Notes: generated by a model not told the origin, from the sequence alone. Shown: positions 11,151 to 23,726, counted from the whole stretch's first letter. The stretch: DNA of 63,909 nt, filler included, from Octopus bimaculoides (GCF_001194135.2; 5 parts of 5 records of this genome joined end to end with filler, not necessarily neighbours in it), one strand, 5' to 3'. A program made the numbers and translations.

Positions 11151-11914
11151 TCTATAATAATGAGGCTTTGCAGTCGACGGCTCTGACTGTGTCATATCAA
11201 AAAAAGTTTTCTCTTACCATAATCTCGGTCGACCCAAGCCTTTTGAGAGAGACTAGGTTGACGGAAACGACGAAGCACATAGGATAAACTGCACCTGTAA
11301 TTCAAAAGGTCACTATCATCACACACAATGTCAGGCTAATTTGCTTCTAGGCTTTACGTTAACGGTGTAAGTGTCTGTGGAATACTCAACCAGCCATGCA
11401 ATTATTCAATGAACTGGCACATTTATTGATTGAGCAACTAGAATACTTATCAGCAAAGCCGAACCCATTGACAACTTTATGCGTGTATGTATGCATGTAT
11501 GTATGTACGTATGTATATATGCATATATGTATGTGCATTTGCATGTATACATACATACTATATACGACTATCATCAGACAAGATAATTGCCTCATCTTGT
11601 CAGCTGTCTCACATTCAACCTCATTGTACTCTCTTTTTTTTTAATTCTTGTATGCGCGCGGATATGATTTTACACGTTACCACGCCATAGGACTTTATAA
11701 AATACAAAATGGATCAAGAAATGAAATGAATTGTTATTGGATTTAAGTGATAAAAATTTGTACAACATTGTTGCCACTCTCTCAGTCGCCATAGTAGACT
11801 CCAGTGACAAACAGGCATTGGAAGATGACTTGTTTTATGTCAGAGTGTCTTTCTCCTAGCAGAAATGCCTTCCCCCAAGGCTTTGTTAAAAAAATAACGG
11901 GAGTCTTCTGTGCC

Positions 11915-12088
11915 CCCAGGAAATCCATTTCACAGATAGACGGGATGCTGACAGGTACTACCGTTCCAAGTCGTAACGGACCTGGGAGTAATCTTAAGTA
12001 AGGGGTGATTCCACGCTCCCCAAAGCTCCAGAACTCATTAACTGGAGCCTCACTACCGGAAGCAGTTTAATGTTATACCCAGAACAAC
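11915..12088. mobile_element. Interspersed repeat, probably a retroelement terminal fragment
   Basis: GC-richer block acaggtactacc...ggacctgggag...ggggtgattccac.ctcccca.agctccagaact...ggagcctcactaccgga recognised as a repeat motif. Class not provable from the sequence. Confidence 0.35.
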
Positions 12089-12120
12089 ATTCATATATAC
12101 ATGCATATAATATATTCATA

Positions 12121-12350
12121 GGCGCAGGCGTGGTAAGAAGCTTACTTCCCAGTCACATGATTCCGGGTTCAGTTCCACTGCATAGTATTTTGGGCACGTA
12201 TCTTCTACTATAGCCGCGGGCCGACCAATGCCTTGTGCATGGATTTAATAGACATAAACTGAAAGAAGCCTGTTGTGTGTGTGTGTATATATAGGTTCAA
12301 AAAAGGAAAAAAAAAAAAAAAAAAATAAAAAGCAACAACGTGAGGACGTG

Positions 12351-12413
<63 letters not shown>

Positions 12414-12630
12414 GAGATAGATAGATGTATATATTTATGTGTATGTGGATGTGTTTGCTTCCCACCATCATCGCTTGACAACTGATGCTGGTGTGTTTAT
12501 GTCTCCGTTGCTTAGTGGTTCGGCAAAAGTGACCGATAGAATAAATACTAGCTTTACAACTGGGGTCAATGTCTTAAAAACCCTTTAAGGTGGTACTCCA
12601 GCATGTCCGCAGTCAAATGACTGAAGCAAT
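12121..12630 (+). mobile_element. SINE family B, full length with expanded internal microsatellite
   Basis: tRNA-like head ggcgcagg..ggtaagaagct...ccgggttcagttccactgc, core ttgggca.gt.tcttctactatagcc, internal (TG)/(A)n/(GATA)n, tail ggtggtactccagcatgtccgcagtcaaatgactgaa. Confidence 0.85.
12351..12426. repeat. (GATA)n microsatellite
   Basis: Read directly from the sequence. Confidence 0.95.
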
Positions 12631-12638
12631 TTCGGTTT

Positions 12639-12738
12639 CATCGACCCACTGTTCAAATGTTACTTATTTCATCTACTCCGAAAGGATGAAATGCAATGTC
12701 GACCTCGGCCGACGTGCTAACGATTCTATTAGCTCGCA
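12639..12738 (-). mobile_element. SINE family A, deleted, antisense
   Basis: Reverse complement reads gcgagctaatagaatcgttagcacg...gaggtcgacattgcatttcatcctttcgg...gggtcgatg. Confidence 0.7.
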
Positions 12739-14950
12739 GATATATTGAATACCATGCCATTTGAATTTTTGATCTATTACAGTTATCTTTACCTTTAGAG
12801 GATGTATTACAATTACCAAATCGTAATGGAGACCAGCTCCATCTGAGAAGACGAGATAATCACAAGATCAAGTATTCGTTAAAACTATCATGCCATTAAG
12901 GAAACGGGCCGGCTACTATCTCAAAACAACAAACCTGTCATTTTCTCTAAGTCCATGTCAACTTCGGAGAATTCTAGATTCTTGAGATCATCTCGCTTTA
13001 TTATATCTTAATTGCCATTTAGTAATTATCATACGCCACTTAGAGGCGGGGATAATTATATTAAATCAAGAACTTATGTTCTATGGTATCTGATATACCT
13101 ATATTATCCTATGTAGTTCATATTCAAGCCACTGGCCATTCTGAGATATCTTTCTATGCTCAGTATTTTATTACTAATCATTAAAATTGCATACGTACGT
13201 ATATATATACACATACATACACACTCACAAACACACACACACAAATATATACATATGAGTGTATAGATCTGTGTATACACATGCATATGTGCACACACAT
13301 ACATATATGTATATATATATATATACATAAAATATATCTGTATACTTATGTGTGTGTGTATATATATATTTAATATATATATATAATATATTTATATATA
13401 ATATATATCATATACATTTAATATATAATATATAATATATATATCATATACATATAATGTATATCATATATATAATATGTATATATCATATATATTTATA
13501 TATAATATATATATATNNNNNNNNNNNNNNNNNNNNNNNNNNNNNNNNNNNNNNNNNNNNNNNNNNNNNNNNNNNNNNNNNNNNNNNNNNNNNNNNNNNN
13601 NNNNNNNNNNNNNNNNNNNNNNNNNNNNNNNNNNNNNNNNNNNNNNNNNNNNNNNNNNNNNNNNNNNNNNNNNNNNNNNNNNNNNNNNNNNNNNNNNNNN
13701 NNNNNNNNNNNNNNNNNNNNNNNNNNNNNNNNNNNNNNNNNNNNNNNNNNNNNNNNNNNNNNNNNNNNNNNNNNNNNNNNNNNNNNNNNNNNNNNNNNNN
13801 NNNNNNNNNNNNNNNNNNNNNNNNNNNNNNNNNNNNNNNNNNNNNNNNNNNNNNNNNNNNNNNNNNNNNNNNNNNNNNNNNNNNNNNNNNNNNNNNNNNN
13901 NNNNNNNNNNNNNNNNNNNNNNNNNNNNNNNNNNNNNNNNNNNNNNNNNNNNNNNNNNNNNNNNNNNNNNNNNNNNNNNNNNNNNNNNNNNNNNNNNNNN
14001 NNNNNNNNNNNNNNNNNNNNNNNNNNNNNNNNNNNNNNNNNNNNNNNNNNNNNNNNNNNNNNNNNNNNNNNNNNNNNNNNNNNNNNNNNNNNNNNNNNNN
14101 NNNNNNNNNNNNNNNNNNNNNNNNNNNNNNNNNNNNNNNNNNNNNNNNATATATATATATGTATGTATGTATGCATGTATGTATGTATATATATATATTA
14201 TCTCACTTACATATATATATATGCATACATATATGTGTGTGTATGTGTGTGTGTGTGCATGTGTGTGTTTGTATTTATATTGAGGAATGATGTCTAAATT
14301 TTATGGTGATTTGGCTAATCAGTGAATTAGCCACGCAAATCATTCATGAGCTAGCTTGCATAAAGACAAATACCGAAAACATTGACACACACGCACACAC
14401 ACATATATACACACTCACGCACTTACACACAAACCTTGTGTGTGTGTGTACGCGCGCACGGCGGTTTGTGTATGTGTATGCATGTGTGTGCGTGCGTGTG
14501 TGCGTATGTTAACCAAGAGTATAATCACATGTGCCTGTATGTGTTTCATAATACATATGCATAATTATAAATATGTAAATATCTTTGAAAGAGTTTTAAT
14601 GATGCAAAAGGTCTATATATTATAATGTACAAGCTACTACAACAATTCAACTGAAGGAATGAGAGAATAAAAGAGAATTTATTCAATATTTTAGCTAGAA
14701 AAGTCTGTTGTGAATAGTGAAATATCATGCATATTTCTATTCGTCAATAAGGTCTTTTGTGACCGAAATTTTGAATACATTTTGTTGATTTTTTCGCAAA
14801 TATTTTAGTGGCTATCGTCTTCCTTAGTCTTTGTTTTTCTGTCTTTCTGTCATCCTCTCTCTCTATCTTTCTCTTACTGTCTCTCTCTGTCTCTCTCTGT
14901 TTCCCTATATTCCTGTATATATATATATGCATATATATGTATGTATATAC

Positions 14951-15018
<68 letters not shown>

Positions 15019-15703
15019 TCATATTATATGCACATATATATATATATGTAAACATATAGCAATATATATATATACATACATATATGTACGTTTGTATGTA
15101 TGTATGTATGTAGGTAGGTAGTTAGGTAGGTAGGTAGGTAGGTAGGTGGGTAGGTAAGCAGACAGGCAGGTCACAAACTTTATTGATACACAAAAATATA
15201 ACTGTACGCATGAGTATATTTCTGCATTCTAGCACACACGCGCACACTCACACGCGCGCACGTACATACACACACACACACACGCGCGCACACACACACA
15301 CGCACACACACACACATACNNNNNNNNNNNNNNNNNNNNNNNNNNNNNNNNNNNNNNNNNNNNNNNNNNNNNNNNNNNNNNNNNNNNNNNNNNNNNNNNN
15401 NNNNNNNNNNNNNNNNNNNNNNNNNNNNNNNNNNNNNNNNNNNNNNNNNNNNNNNNNNNNNNNNNNNNNNNNNNNNNNNNNNNNNNNNNNNNNNNNNNNN
15501 NNNATATATATAAGGCTTTACACATTTATTCAAAGCCGAAATTTCCCTTTCGTCGTTTCTCCAGATTTTCACGTTTCCTCTTTTTATCGCCACTGATAAT
15601 TCAAAACAGACTACTGTCTCTCTTATAGCTATTTGAAATTATACGAACAAGATCAATGCAGTTTAAAAGTGAAAGTAAATATAAGTATATTAATTTTCAG
15701 ATA

Positions 15704-16109
15704 CGTTTGCTGGTTGCCTCTCAGCCAACTACTTCCGGGTTCAGTCCCACTGCATGGTATATTGGGGCAAGTGCTTCTACAATAGCCCCAGGCCGACCAA
15801 AACCTTGTGAGTGGATTTGATAGACGGAAACTGAAAGAAGCCTGTCGAATATATATGTGTGTATAATTATGTGTTTGTGTTTGTTCACTCATCGCTTCAC
15901 TAAAAGTGTTGGTGCGTTTACGTCCCCGTAATTTAGTGGTTCGACAAAAGAAAACAATAGAACATGTATTAGGTTTTTTAAAAAAATTAACACTGGAGTC
16001 GATTTCTTCGACTAAAAAAACAACAAAACCAAACTTGAAGGTGGTTCTGGCGCCCCGCCGTAGACCAATGACAGAAGCATGCAAACGATTAAAGATGAAA
16101 GATAAAAGT
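15704..16109 (+). mobile_element. SINE family B
   Basis: ccgggttcagtcccactgc...gtggatttgatagacggaaactgaaagaagcc...ggttcgacaaaagaa, tail aagatgaaagataaaag. Confidence 0.8.
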
Positions 16110-16581
16110 TAGAGTTAGTGGATCTCAGAGTAGTTTTCCGACGTGAAGTACCGGATATTTCGAGAAGCTAATTAGCATATTTTGCACTGATTCTTGATAG
16201 GAAAATGCGAGAACTGTTGCGTTTATTAAACAAACGGGTCGGAAGAGACTGTGATGATGAGTTTAATAAAAGATCAGGTAAGATAGATTTTTTTTCAACG
16301 CAGGACAAACTGATATCGAGAAATGTGGAGATGATAGAAACAACAAAGAGAATTTTAGAAATAAAGAACAGAACACGAACCTTCTACAAGAATAACTAAA
16401 AGTCAATGTTGCTGACATTCACAACACGTTCTTCTTCATTGCATTCGAAATTGCGATAGCATTTTGATAAAGGAAGATTAAGTAGATATCAAAGACTGTC
16501 AACTGCTTTTCTGAAGGTCAGCTCCAAGTCAGTAGTTTAAAACCGTCCTTTCGAAATCTTGTTCCAGTTGGTAACTCGGGT

Positions 16582-16684
16582 GTTTAGGCGCTTACCATAG
16601 AATAGACAAGATGAAAGGGTTTAGGGGTTCACCATAGAATAGACAAGATGATAGGGTTTAGGTGCTCACCATAGAATAGACAAG
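16582..16684. repeat. 37-bp tandem repeat, about 2.8 units
   Basis: accatagaatagacaag starts at 16594, 16631 and 16668. Confidence 0.9.
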
Positions 16685-16740
16685 TGATCTCTTGGCATTA
16701 TCTGCTAATTCACTGTAATATCTCCCAGAGGCCACTGCTG

Positions 16741-16816
<76 letters not shown>

Positions 16817-16894
16817 GAAATATTAATAACTATATANNNNNNNNNNNNNNNNNNNNNNNNNNNNNNNNNNNNNNATATATATATCCATACATAG

Positions 16895-17005
16895 GGTGCA
16901 TGGTCTACTGGTTAGGCTGTTTCACTCACGATCGTCAGACCGTGGCTTCAGTTCCTGGACCGGAGTGGTACTTTGTATTCTTCAGCAAAAAGACCTCGAC
17001 CCACG
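16895..17005 (+). mobile_element. SINE family C head, degenerate
   Basis: tggtctactggttaggctgtttcactcacgatcgt...ttcagttcctggaccgg...ttcttcagcaa. Confidence 0.55.
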
Positions 17006-17191
17006 TTGTTTTACGATCACTTTGATACCCAACGTGTGGTATACTGTGAACGTGTTCAGGCAACGTCGATTTGATGGAGTGAGTAAGATAATGTACGACA
17101 CATACATTTGATTACTATAAACAAATCATTTGAACAAGTCGCTCAGCAAAAACTAAGCACTGACACGTCGTCTTCGGCGGGAGATTCTGTC

Positions 17192-17225
<34 letters not shown>

Positions 17226-17256
17226 GATATACATATATGAATATATGTATTATATA

Positions 17257-17296
<40 letters not shown>

Positions 17297-17953
17297 TATA
17301 TGCACACACATATACATATATAGATATAATATATATTATATATATATACATATATACATATATACATATAATATATATTANNNNNNNNNNNNNNNNNNNN
17401 NNNNNNNNNNNNNNNNNNNNNNNNNNNNNNNNNNNNNNNNNNNNNNNNNNNNNNNNNNNNNNNNNNNNNNNNNNNNNNNNNNNNNNNNNNNNNNNNNNNN
17501 NNNNNNNNNNNNNNNNNNNNNNNNNNNNNNNNNNNNNNNNNNNNNNNNNNNNNNNNNNNNNNNNNNNNNNNNNNNNNNNNNNNNNNNNNNNNNNNNNNNN
17601 NNNNNNNNNNNNNNNNNNNNNNNNNNNNNNNNNNNNNNNNNNNNNNNNNNNNNNNNNNNNNNNNNNNNNNNNNNNNNNNNNNNNNNNNNNNNNNNNNNNN
17701 NNNNNNNNNNNNNNNNNNNNNNNNNNNNNNNNNNNNNNNNNNNNNNNNNNNNNNNNNNNNNNNNNNNNNNNNNNNNNNNNNNNNNNNNNNNNNNNNNNNN
17801 NNNNNNNNNNNNNNNNNNNNNNNNNNNNNNNNNNNNNNNNNNNNNNNNNNNNNNNNNNNNNNNNNNNNNNNNNNNNNNNNNNNNNNNNNNNNNNNNNNNN
17901 NNNNNNNNNNNNNNNNNNNNNNNNNNNNNNNNNNNNNNNNNNNNNNNNNNNNN

Positions 17954-18278
17954 CCCTAACCCTAGGGTTAGGGTTAGGGTTAGAGTTAGGGTTAGGGTTA
18001 GGGTCAAAGCAAATTTAAAATGAAAAAAGCAAATAAAACGAAGAATCGTTTGTTTATGTAGTCGGCACTTAATGTATATCGGCTGAATGGACGTCAGTGA
18101 TTGGTTGAAATTATCGAAATAAGACAAGTTTTTACATGAAATAAATTCGAATACAAAAATATTTTTCTGTTCTATAACACAAAATAGATAAGTATACGAA
18201 GTTTGAAAGTCTTTCGGTACCAAAAACACTACGTAAAACATTAATGAAAAATGTGGCCCCCGTTTTAAAAAAGATCCC
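17954..18278. repeat. Interstitial (TTAGGG)n with a central CCCTAA/TTAGGG palindrome and a ~315-bp arm; probable fold-back element
   Basis: ccctaaccctagggttaggg (17954-17973) is a perfect 20-bp palindrome abutting a 573-N gap. The arm ends at cccgttttaaaaaagatccc. Confidence 0.55.
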
Positions 18279-19156
18279 TTATTTGAAAGTTCATATATAT
18301 TTACAAACATAATTAAGGGATCAGCAAATATTTGCTTCACCACATACCGAAGTTCAGAAATAGCAGCTAAAAAAGCTGAGACTCCAACAGATAGCATTAC
18401 TTGTAACTCACAAAGGCAAACACAAACATACACATACATATGTATAAGATATCTAAGTATATATGTATAAATATCAGGCTATTATACAAACACATATGTA
18501 CACGTGCACAAACATATCTATAAACATACACACAAACCGAAGTGTAAGTATAAAAACACACTGACACACTTACAAACGTACATAAAATTCAAGCCTGTGG
18601 TATCCATTTAGATTGCGTCTAAATATTGACGGTCTATCAATTTTTATTTTCTTTGACAAATTTTTTACAAAAATTTACGACATTAATGAAAAATACCATA
18701 AATCTTTTTAAAGATTGAAACTTAGCTGAAAATAAGTTTGTAACAGATATTTAAATTTCAAGAAAAGGAGGTCTCAACCGAAAAATATTGCTACAAAATA
18801 ACATTTAGACTTCAAAAAGGACTATATAGTATTGGATTTCACTAAATTTATTTGAAATAAATATTCTACTTCTCAGAATAGTAACTATAAATCCATATTT
18901 CAAATTTGCTGTCGTCTCCTGTAATATTATCGGAATATTTATGGCTTCACGAAAAGACAAAAACATATTTTCACCTCAATTGATAGACTAGAAGCGATAG
19001 CAACAAATTTATTTTGAACGCTTTTGTAATGTCCGCCATGACTTTTCGTGAAACAAGATTTAATGTTTGTAGTTAGATGATATCCGTCATTACATACAAA
19101 ATAACAAAAGCAGAAAAAGCGCTCAGTGTCTTATATATCATTTTATGTCGTTCTTT

Positions 19157-19345
19157 GGGCGGCGAACTGGCAGAATCATGAGCACACCTGGCATTTCTTC
19201 TGGCTCAGGTTATAAGTTCAAATACCACTGAGAACAACTTTGACTTTCATTCTTTCGGTATCGATAAAATACGTACCAGTTCAGCGATGTGACCGACTTG
19301 TCCCCTCCCTATCAAATTATACATCTTGTGCCTACAGTAGAAAGA
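19157..19345 (+). mobile_element. SINE family A
   Basis: ggcggcgaactggcagaatc...aagttcaaatacc...tcttgtgcctacagtagaaag. Confidence 0.75.
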
Positions 19346-19404
19346 AAAGGGAATATATATAATGTTCCCTAAGGTGGCTGTTACGAGCACAAGTAATAAT
19401 TTCT

Positions 19405-20230
19405 AGGCGATGCCTTCGCCCACCCCGCATGTATGCATGCTAGTAACTCATGTAACCGATCCGCGATCGGTAGATCCGCCCACAGCGACCGCAGGGAAAT
19501 ATTTGTGGTGTGCTTGGCTCCGCCCTAATACAGGCCTTCCGCCGAGCTCTCCTCTCCTCCTGGCTGACACGACTGCTTGCATTAAATGTGCTGGTGGCCT
19601 GCTGGGTGGTGTAGCACTAAGCATTACGGTTAGCAGCTTGAGTGGCCCACTGGCGGGGTTCGATGTAACAAAACGTTCAGGGTCTTTTTTTTACGAAGTT
19701 GTTGTCTTCTGGCTGTCAAAATAACGATGCGTTTGAGAAGCGGTATAAGACATGCTTTTTTTTTTTTTTTTAGCATGTTTTATATCGCTTTTTGGGCGCA
19801 CTGCTACTTTGACAGCCAGAAGACAGTTTTCCATAGAGTACGATCTTTGGCAGGCGATGGTCCCCCATACAGGAGATATGCCTCACCTAGTGCTGTGTCT
19901 TCATAAGAATGGCCTCTACACTGGTCGTCTTAGCTTTCTTGCAGACAGCGTTGGTGGAACCTCTCCAAGTGGTGGGTGTAACAGCAATACAAGACCCATG
20001 ACTGAGAGCCGTATAAGAAAGTGGTAAGGACTACAGCCTTGTAATACGCAAAAAGCAGTGCAATGATCACTTTTGGAAAGTAGACCAATCATGATCTGTA
20101 GATAAAATATCTGGTTAAGTGTTACATTAGATGTAATGAAACCGTTAACCCTACCAAGGATATTGAGCAATAGAGAAAGCGGACGAGCCAATGTTGAGTG
20201 TACAACATCTTCTATGTTGTGTACTACTCT
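19405..20230 (-). mobile_element. RTE-clade LINE 3' relic (post-RT domain to C-terminal C2H2-like finger)
   Basis: Minus-strand translation gives KAVVLTTFLYGSQSWV...LERFHQRCL, SVEAILMKTQ...HRLPKIVLYGKLSSG...APKKRYK and IEPRQW..QAANR...FPCGRCGRIYRSRIGYMS. The 3' end is cgaaggcatcgcct. Confidence 0.85.
19703..19825. repeat. 54-bp ungapped inverted repeat with a T15 loop inside the RTE relic
   Basis: Arms 19703-19756 and 19772-19825: 43/54 identical, and all 11 differences are transitions. Confidence 0.95.
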
Positions 20231-20727
20231 TTATAAATGCGGAGAGTGTCGAGGGATATCATATATTTAAATGATTTTCGAAGAATTCGTCTAAGTTATC
20301 GATTTCTGCCTTACAGGTCGATTTGACCTTAGCACTGCAAGCTTACAAAGCTAATCGCCAGCTTGCGAGGGAACATTTATGAGACCACTCGACTTAAAAT
20401 AAATGGTAGCTAATCACACCCGACCTTCTCATTAAGAAAAGGTAAGTCAGTTAAGTCTGACTTGGGCAAGATGACACTATTACTGTAGATAGTGCATAAC
20501 AGCTTTTTTCAGTTAGGTGAAGCTGGTGAGTGCTAAGTGCCTTGGTCATGATAGAATGCGAACTATTTTCTCTTCTGCTAGCAAGCAAACACCCTACCAA
20601 ATCAGCCACCAACAGTTTTCGTAATATAACTTATTCACAAAAATAAACTGAACCAAAATAACAAAATATTTTTTGGAATTTTTTTTTTGTTTTTATAACT
20701 ATTTTATATAGATACTCTTGGTATTTT

Positions 20728-21026
20728 AAGGCGGCGAGCTGACGGAACCTTTATCATGCTGGACAAAATGTACAGCAGCATTTCTTCCGGCCTTTTACGT
20801 TCTGAATTCTCATCCCGCCCATGGCAGTTTTGTCTTTCATCCTTTCGGAGTTGATAAAATAAATTACGTGAGGTAAGAAGTTTGCCTCCCAACCACATGG
20901 TTCCGGGTTCGACCCCCACTACGTGGCACGTTAGACATGTGTCTTCTACTATGGCGTCGGACCAAAGCCTTGTGAATTTGGTAGACGGAATCGGAAAGAA
21001 GCCCGTCGTGTATGTATGTATGTATG

Positions 21027-21092
<66 letters not shown>

Positions 21093-21348
21093 TAGTTGTT
21101 TTTCCTCCCCACCGCTTGACAACTGGTGTTGGTGTGTTTACGTCTCCATAACTTAACGGTTCGGCAAAAGATAACGATAGAATAAGTACTAGGTTTTTAA
21201 AAATAGTAGTGGGGTCAATTCGTTCAGCTAAAAATCCTTCAAAGTGATGCCCAAGCATGGCCGCAGGTTAATGATGAAACGAGTAAAAGAACCACGTACT
21301 GAGGTCGATGTCAATTACCTGCCACTTCCCTCAAAATTGTTTGTCTTG
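20728..21348 (+). mobile_element. SINE family A split by a nested family B SINE (20867-21290)
   Basis: Family A sequence stops at gataaaataaattac and resumes at accacgtactgaggtcgatg. A complete B head, (TG)n and tail lie between. Confidence 0.8.
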
Positions 21349-21527
21349 AACCCTATCACGAACCAGCGACTCGTTCAGAGGGAATCTTGTCATCACTGTC
21401 TTTTATACAATATAGAAACCGCGTAACACGCTTTATAAGTTCTCTCGTTACTGACGAAAATTTAAATGTTTCTAGCTGTGCTGGATTTAATTGCTATAGC
21501 ATATTATAGATTCCCAAATCTAAAATA

Positions 21528-21602
21528 CCAGTCAGTGGGATCGAATCCACAACCTTGCTATTGCCAAGCGAACTTCTCAAATATTCAACCACGCTGCGTC
21601 TA
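21528..21602 (-). mobile_element. Isolated tRNA-like SINE head
   Basis: Reverse complement: gacgcagcgtggttgaatatttgagaagttcgcttggcaatagcaaggttgtggattcgatcccactgac. Confidence 0.45.
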
Positions 21603-22109
21603 TATTTGCTATACTTACACTCCATTGGTGGTAAACGTATAACAACTAACCAGAAACGAGGCTCTTAGATGAGAGATTATATCGCCATCTTTAGATTTCA
21701 GAATTTAATCCTTTCGTTTCTGTAAGCGTCATTTACAAATGTTTCTATTTATTTTTATAGCTACTTTACAGGCTACAACGATGTGCTCACATCAAATGGA
21801 CATGTTAAATCAATCAGTGTAAAAGACCTTCGTTTCGTTTTAATGGGAATATCAGGGCGGTTTGTTCTAGTTTTACAATCTGAATATATTTGTTTATATC
21901 CTCGACGAACAAGAATTTGGAATTTTACAGCCTCCCATGTTTACTGCTTTGATATCGGTTATTCCAAATGTTTACGCATTTTAAGGACGAGTTATTCATC
22001 TGCAATATTCCCTTGTCTTTTTTTTTAATTTATTTTTGTCATTCGACAACTTTACGCAATAACTGTGACCCTGTTTAAGCGGTAAACTATAACACACGCA
22101 CACACACTC

Positions 22110-22254
22110 AAATGTAAGCAATTTGTTTCCCAAATGTACGGTTCTATGTTCAGTCCCAGTGCGTGATACCCTGAGAAAGTATCTTCTACTATAGCCCCGA
22201 GGCGACCAAAGTTTGTGAATGGATTTGGTAGACGGAAACTGAAATAAGCCCGTC

Positions 22255-22291
<37 letters not shown>

Positions 22292-22521
22292 NNNNNNNNN
22301 NNNNNNNNNNATATATGTATATACGTAAATGTCGAACCGTGTGTGTGTGTGTTTGTGTATTTATGTATGTGTGTCATTATGTTTGTATTTGTCCCCGTTG
22401 CGAGACAACCGGTGGTATTTTGTTTACGTCCTCGCGAATTAGCTGCTTGGAAAGAAAAACCTTCAAGACGGTGTTCCAGAATGGCCGCAGTCTAGTGACT
22501 GAAACAAGTAAAAGATAAAAG
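22110..22521 (+). mobile_element. SINE family B
   Basis: gttcagtcccagtgcgtg...gaatggatttggtagacggaaactgaa...ggtgttccagaatggccgcagtctagtgactgaaacaagtaaaagataaaaga. Confidence 0.8.
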
Positions 22522-23648
22522 ATACACACACACACACATACACTAACTTCTTTTTTACTTGCCCTCATAAAGGTTGCAGTTGAAATATCTCTTAAATCAC
22601 ATCTCTCTAGCTTTTAAGAAAAGAAAAAAAAACACATTGAGTATCATAGTCCTAGTATCATAGTTGAGTATCATAGCATAGCAGAAAAAGAAGACGCATT
22701 TTCACAATTGGAGTAATAACAATACTTACCGATGATGATAAAAATATTTCGACTAGAAAAAACATTGAACTTCTGACGATTTCAAATCATAAAGCTACCA
22801 TTGAAGTTTCTAAGTAGCGACAAAACTGCCTGGTTATCTTTTCCATTATATAACTACAAGCAAAGGAATTGTTTGTAATAAACCTAACCTGATATGTTTC
22901 AAATGTATGAGATACGAGCCAAGTATTTAGTAATGGCTTGTTGAATATATTGCGTAATGAAGATCTAGTTAATTCCCTCGTGCTTATCTTGTATATTGGC
23001 TAGTTATTTCCTATACGTTTTGTAATTTTTTTATTGCTGCTTTCGTGGATTCCCATGACTTTCAGTCGCCATCCAATTCCATTAATAAGAATTTCAATTG
23101 AGAGTTTGAGTCATAGTGAATCTTTCATTAGCTGATTACACAACCATAGACGCCACCCTCATGGATGCGCTACACTTACTCTCTTTGTAGAGCTTGTTAA
23201 TCCTAATCTTCTAGGATTCCAATGCTCAGCATCAATGTAAGAAGCTCTTCTGCTACCTCTTCACAATCCGCCATGTTGCCGTCCATGACTTCGCCGTTTC
23301 CTGGCAGGGTGGCTGAACGGATGCTATGCCATTCCAAAAGGCAACTCGTAACTATGCAGGGCATGGTCGTCACTCTGTGAGGTATTTTCAAAATGCCCTC
23401 ATACCCATACTGCAGGAAAAAATGTGACAGTTTCCACTCCATGAAATAATACTGTGGAAACTGTTGCAATGTGTTTTCTGTGGAAACTGTCGCAGTCTAA
23501 CACCACCATCTGGCCGTTGGTTGTCTTTTGCCTAGTACACTGTATTGCAAGCTTTAAAACTAGGCGTAGACTTATTGGCAATGTTTTTTGTGGATTATGA
23601 GGTCATTCAGTACAGTATAGAGCTAGCTGTTTATTTCAGCACCTAGAA

Positions 23649-23726
23649 ACTTCCCCTCCAAGATGCATGCATGGACTTCCCCTCCAAGATACGTGCATGA
23701 ACTTTCTCCCCAAGATGCATGCATGC
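23649..23726. repeat. 26-bp tandem repeat x3
   Basis: acttcccctccaagatgcatgcatgg / acttcccctccaagatacgtgcatga / actttctccccaagatgcatgcatgc. Confidence 0.9.

Noticed and set aside
16205-16399. Small purine-rich ORF with splice-like motifs
   Set aside because: The apparent internal GT-AG interval is only ~26 nt and there is no recognisable protein family.
16582-16684. CRISPR-like repeat-spacer array (also considered 23649-23726 and 1-579)
   Set aside because: The units are contiguous tandem copies without unique spacers, the context is eukaryotic, and there are no cas genes.
17155-17194. Possible 3' half of a minimal hammerhead (cccgccgaagacgacgtgtcagtg, minus strand)
   Set aside because: The CUGANGA box is missing and GAAA is altered, so it is too degenerate to call.
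17954-18005. Ancient telomere-telomere fusion site
   Set aside because: The repeat polarity is opposite to a fusion, and the array is short and attached to a repeat-like arm.
23100-23600. Decayed transposase or FLYWCH/MULE-like coding relic on the minus strand (similarly 26950-27470)
   Set aside because: Only vague residue patterns across many stops. A profile-HMM search would be needed.
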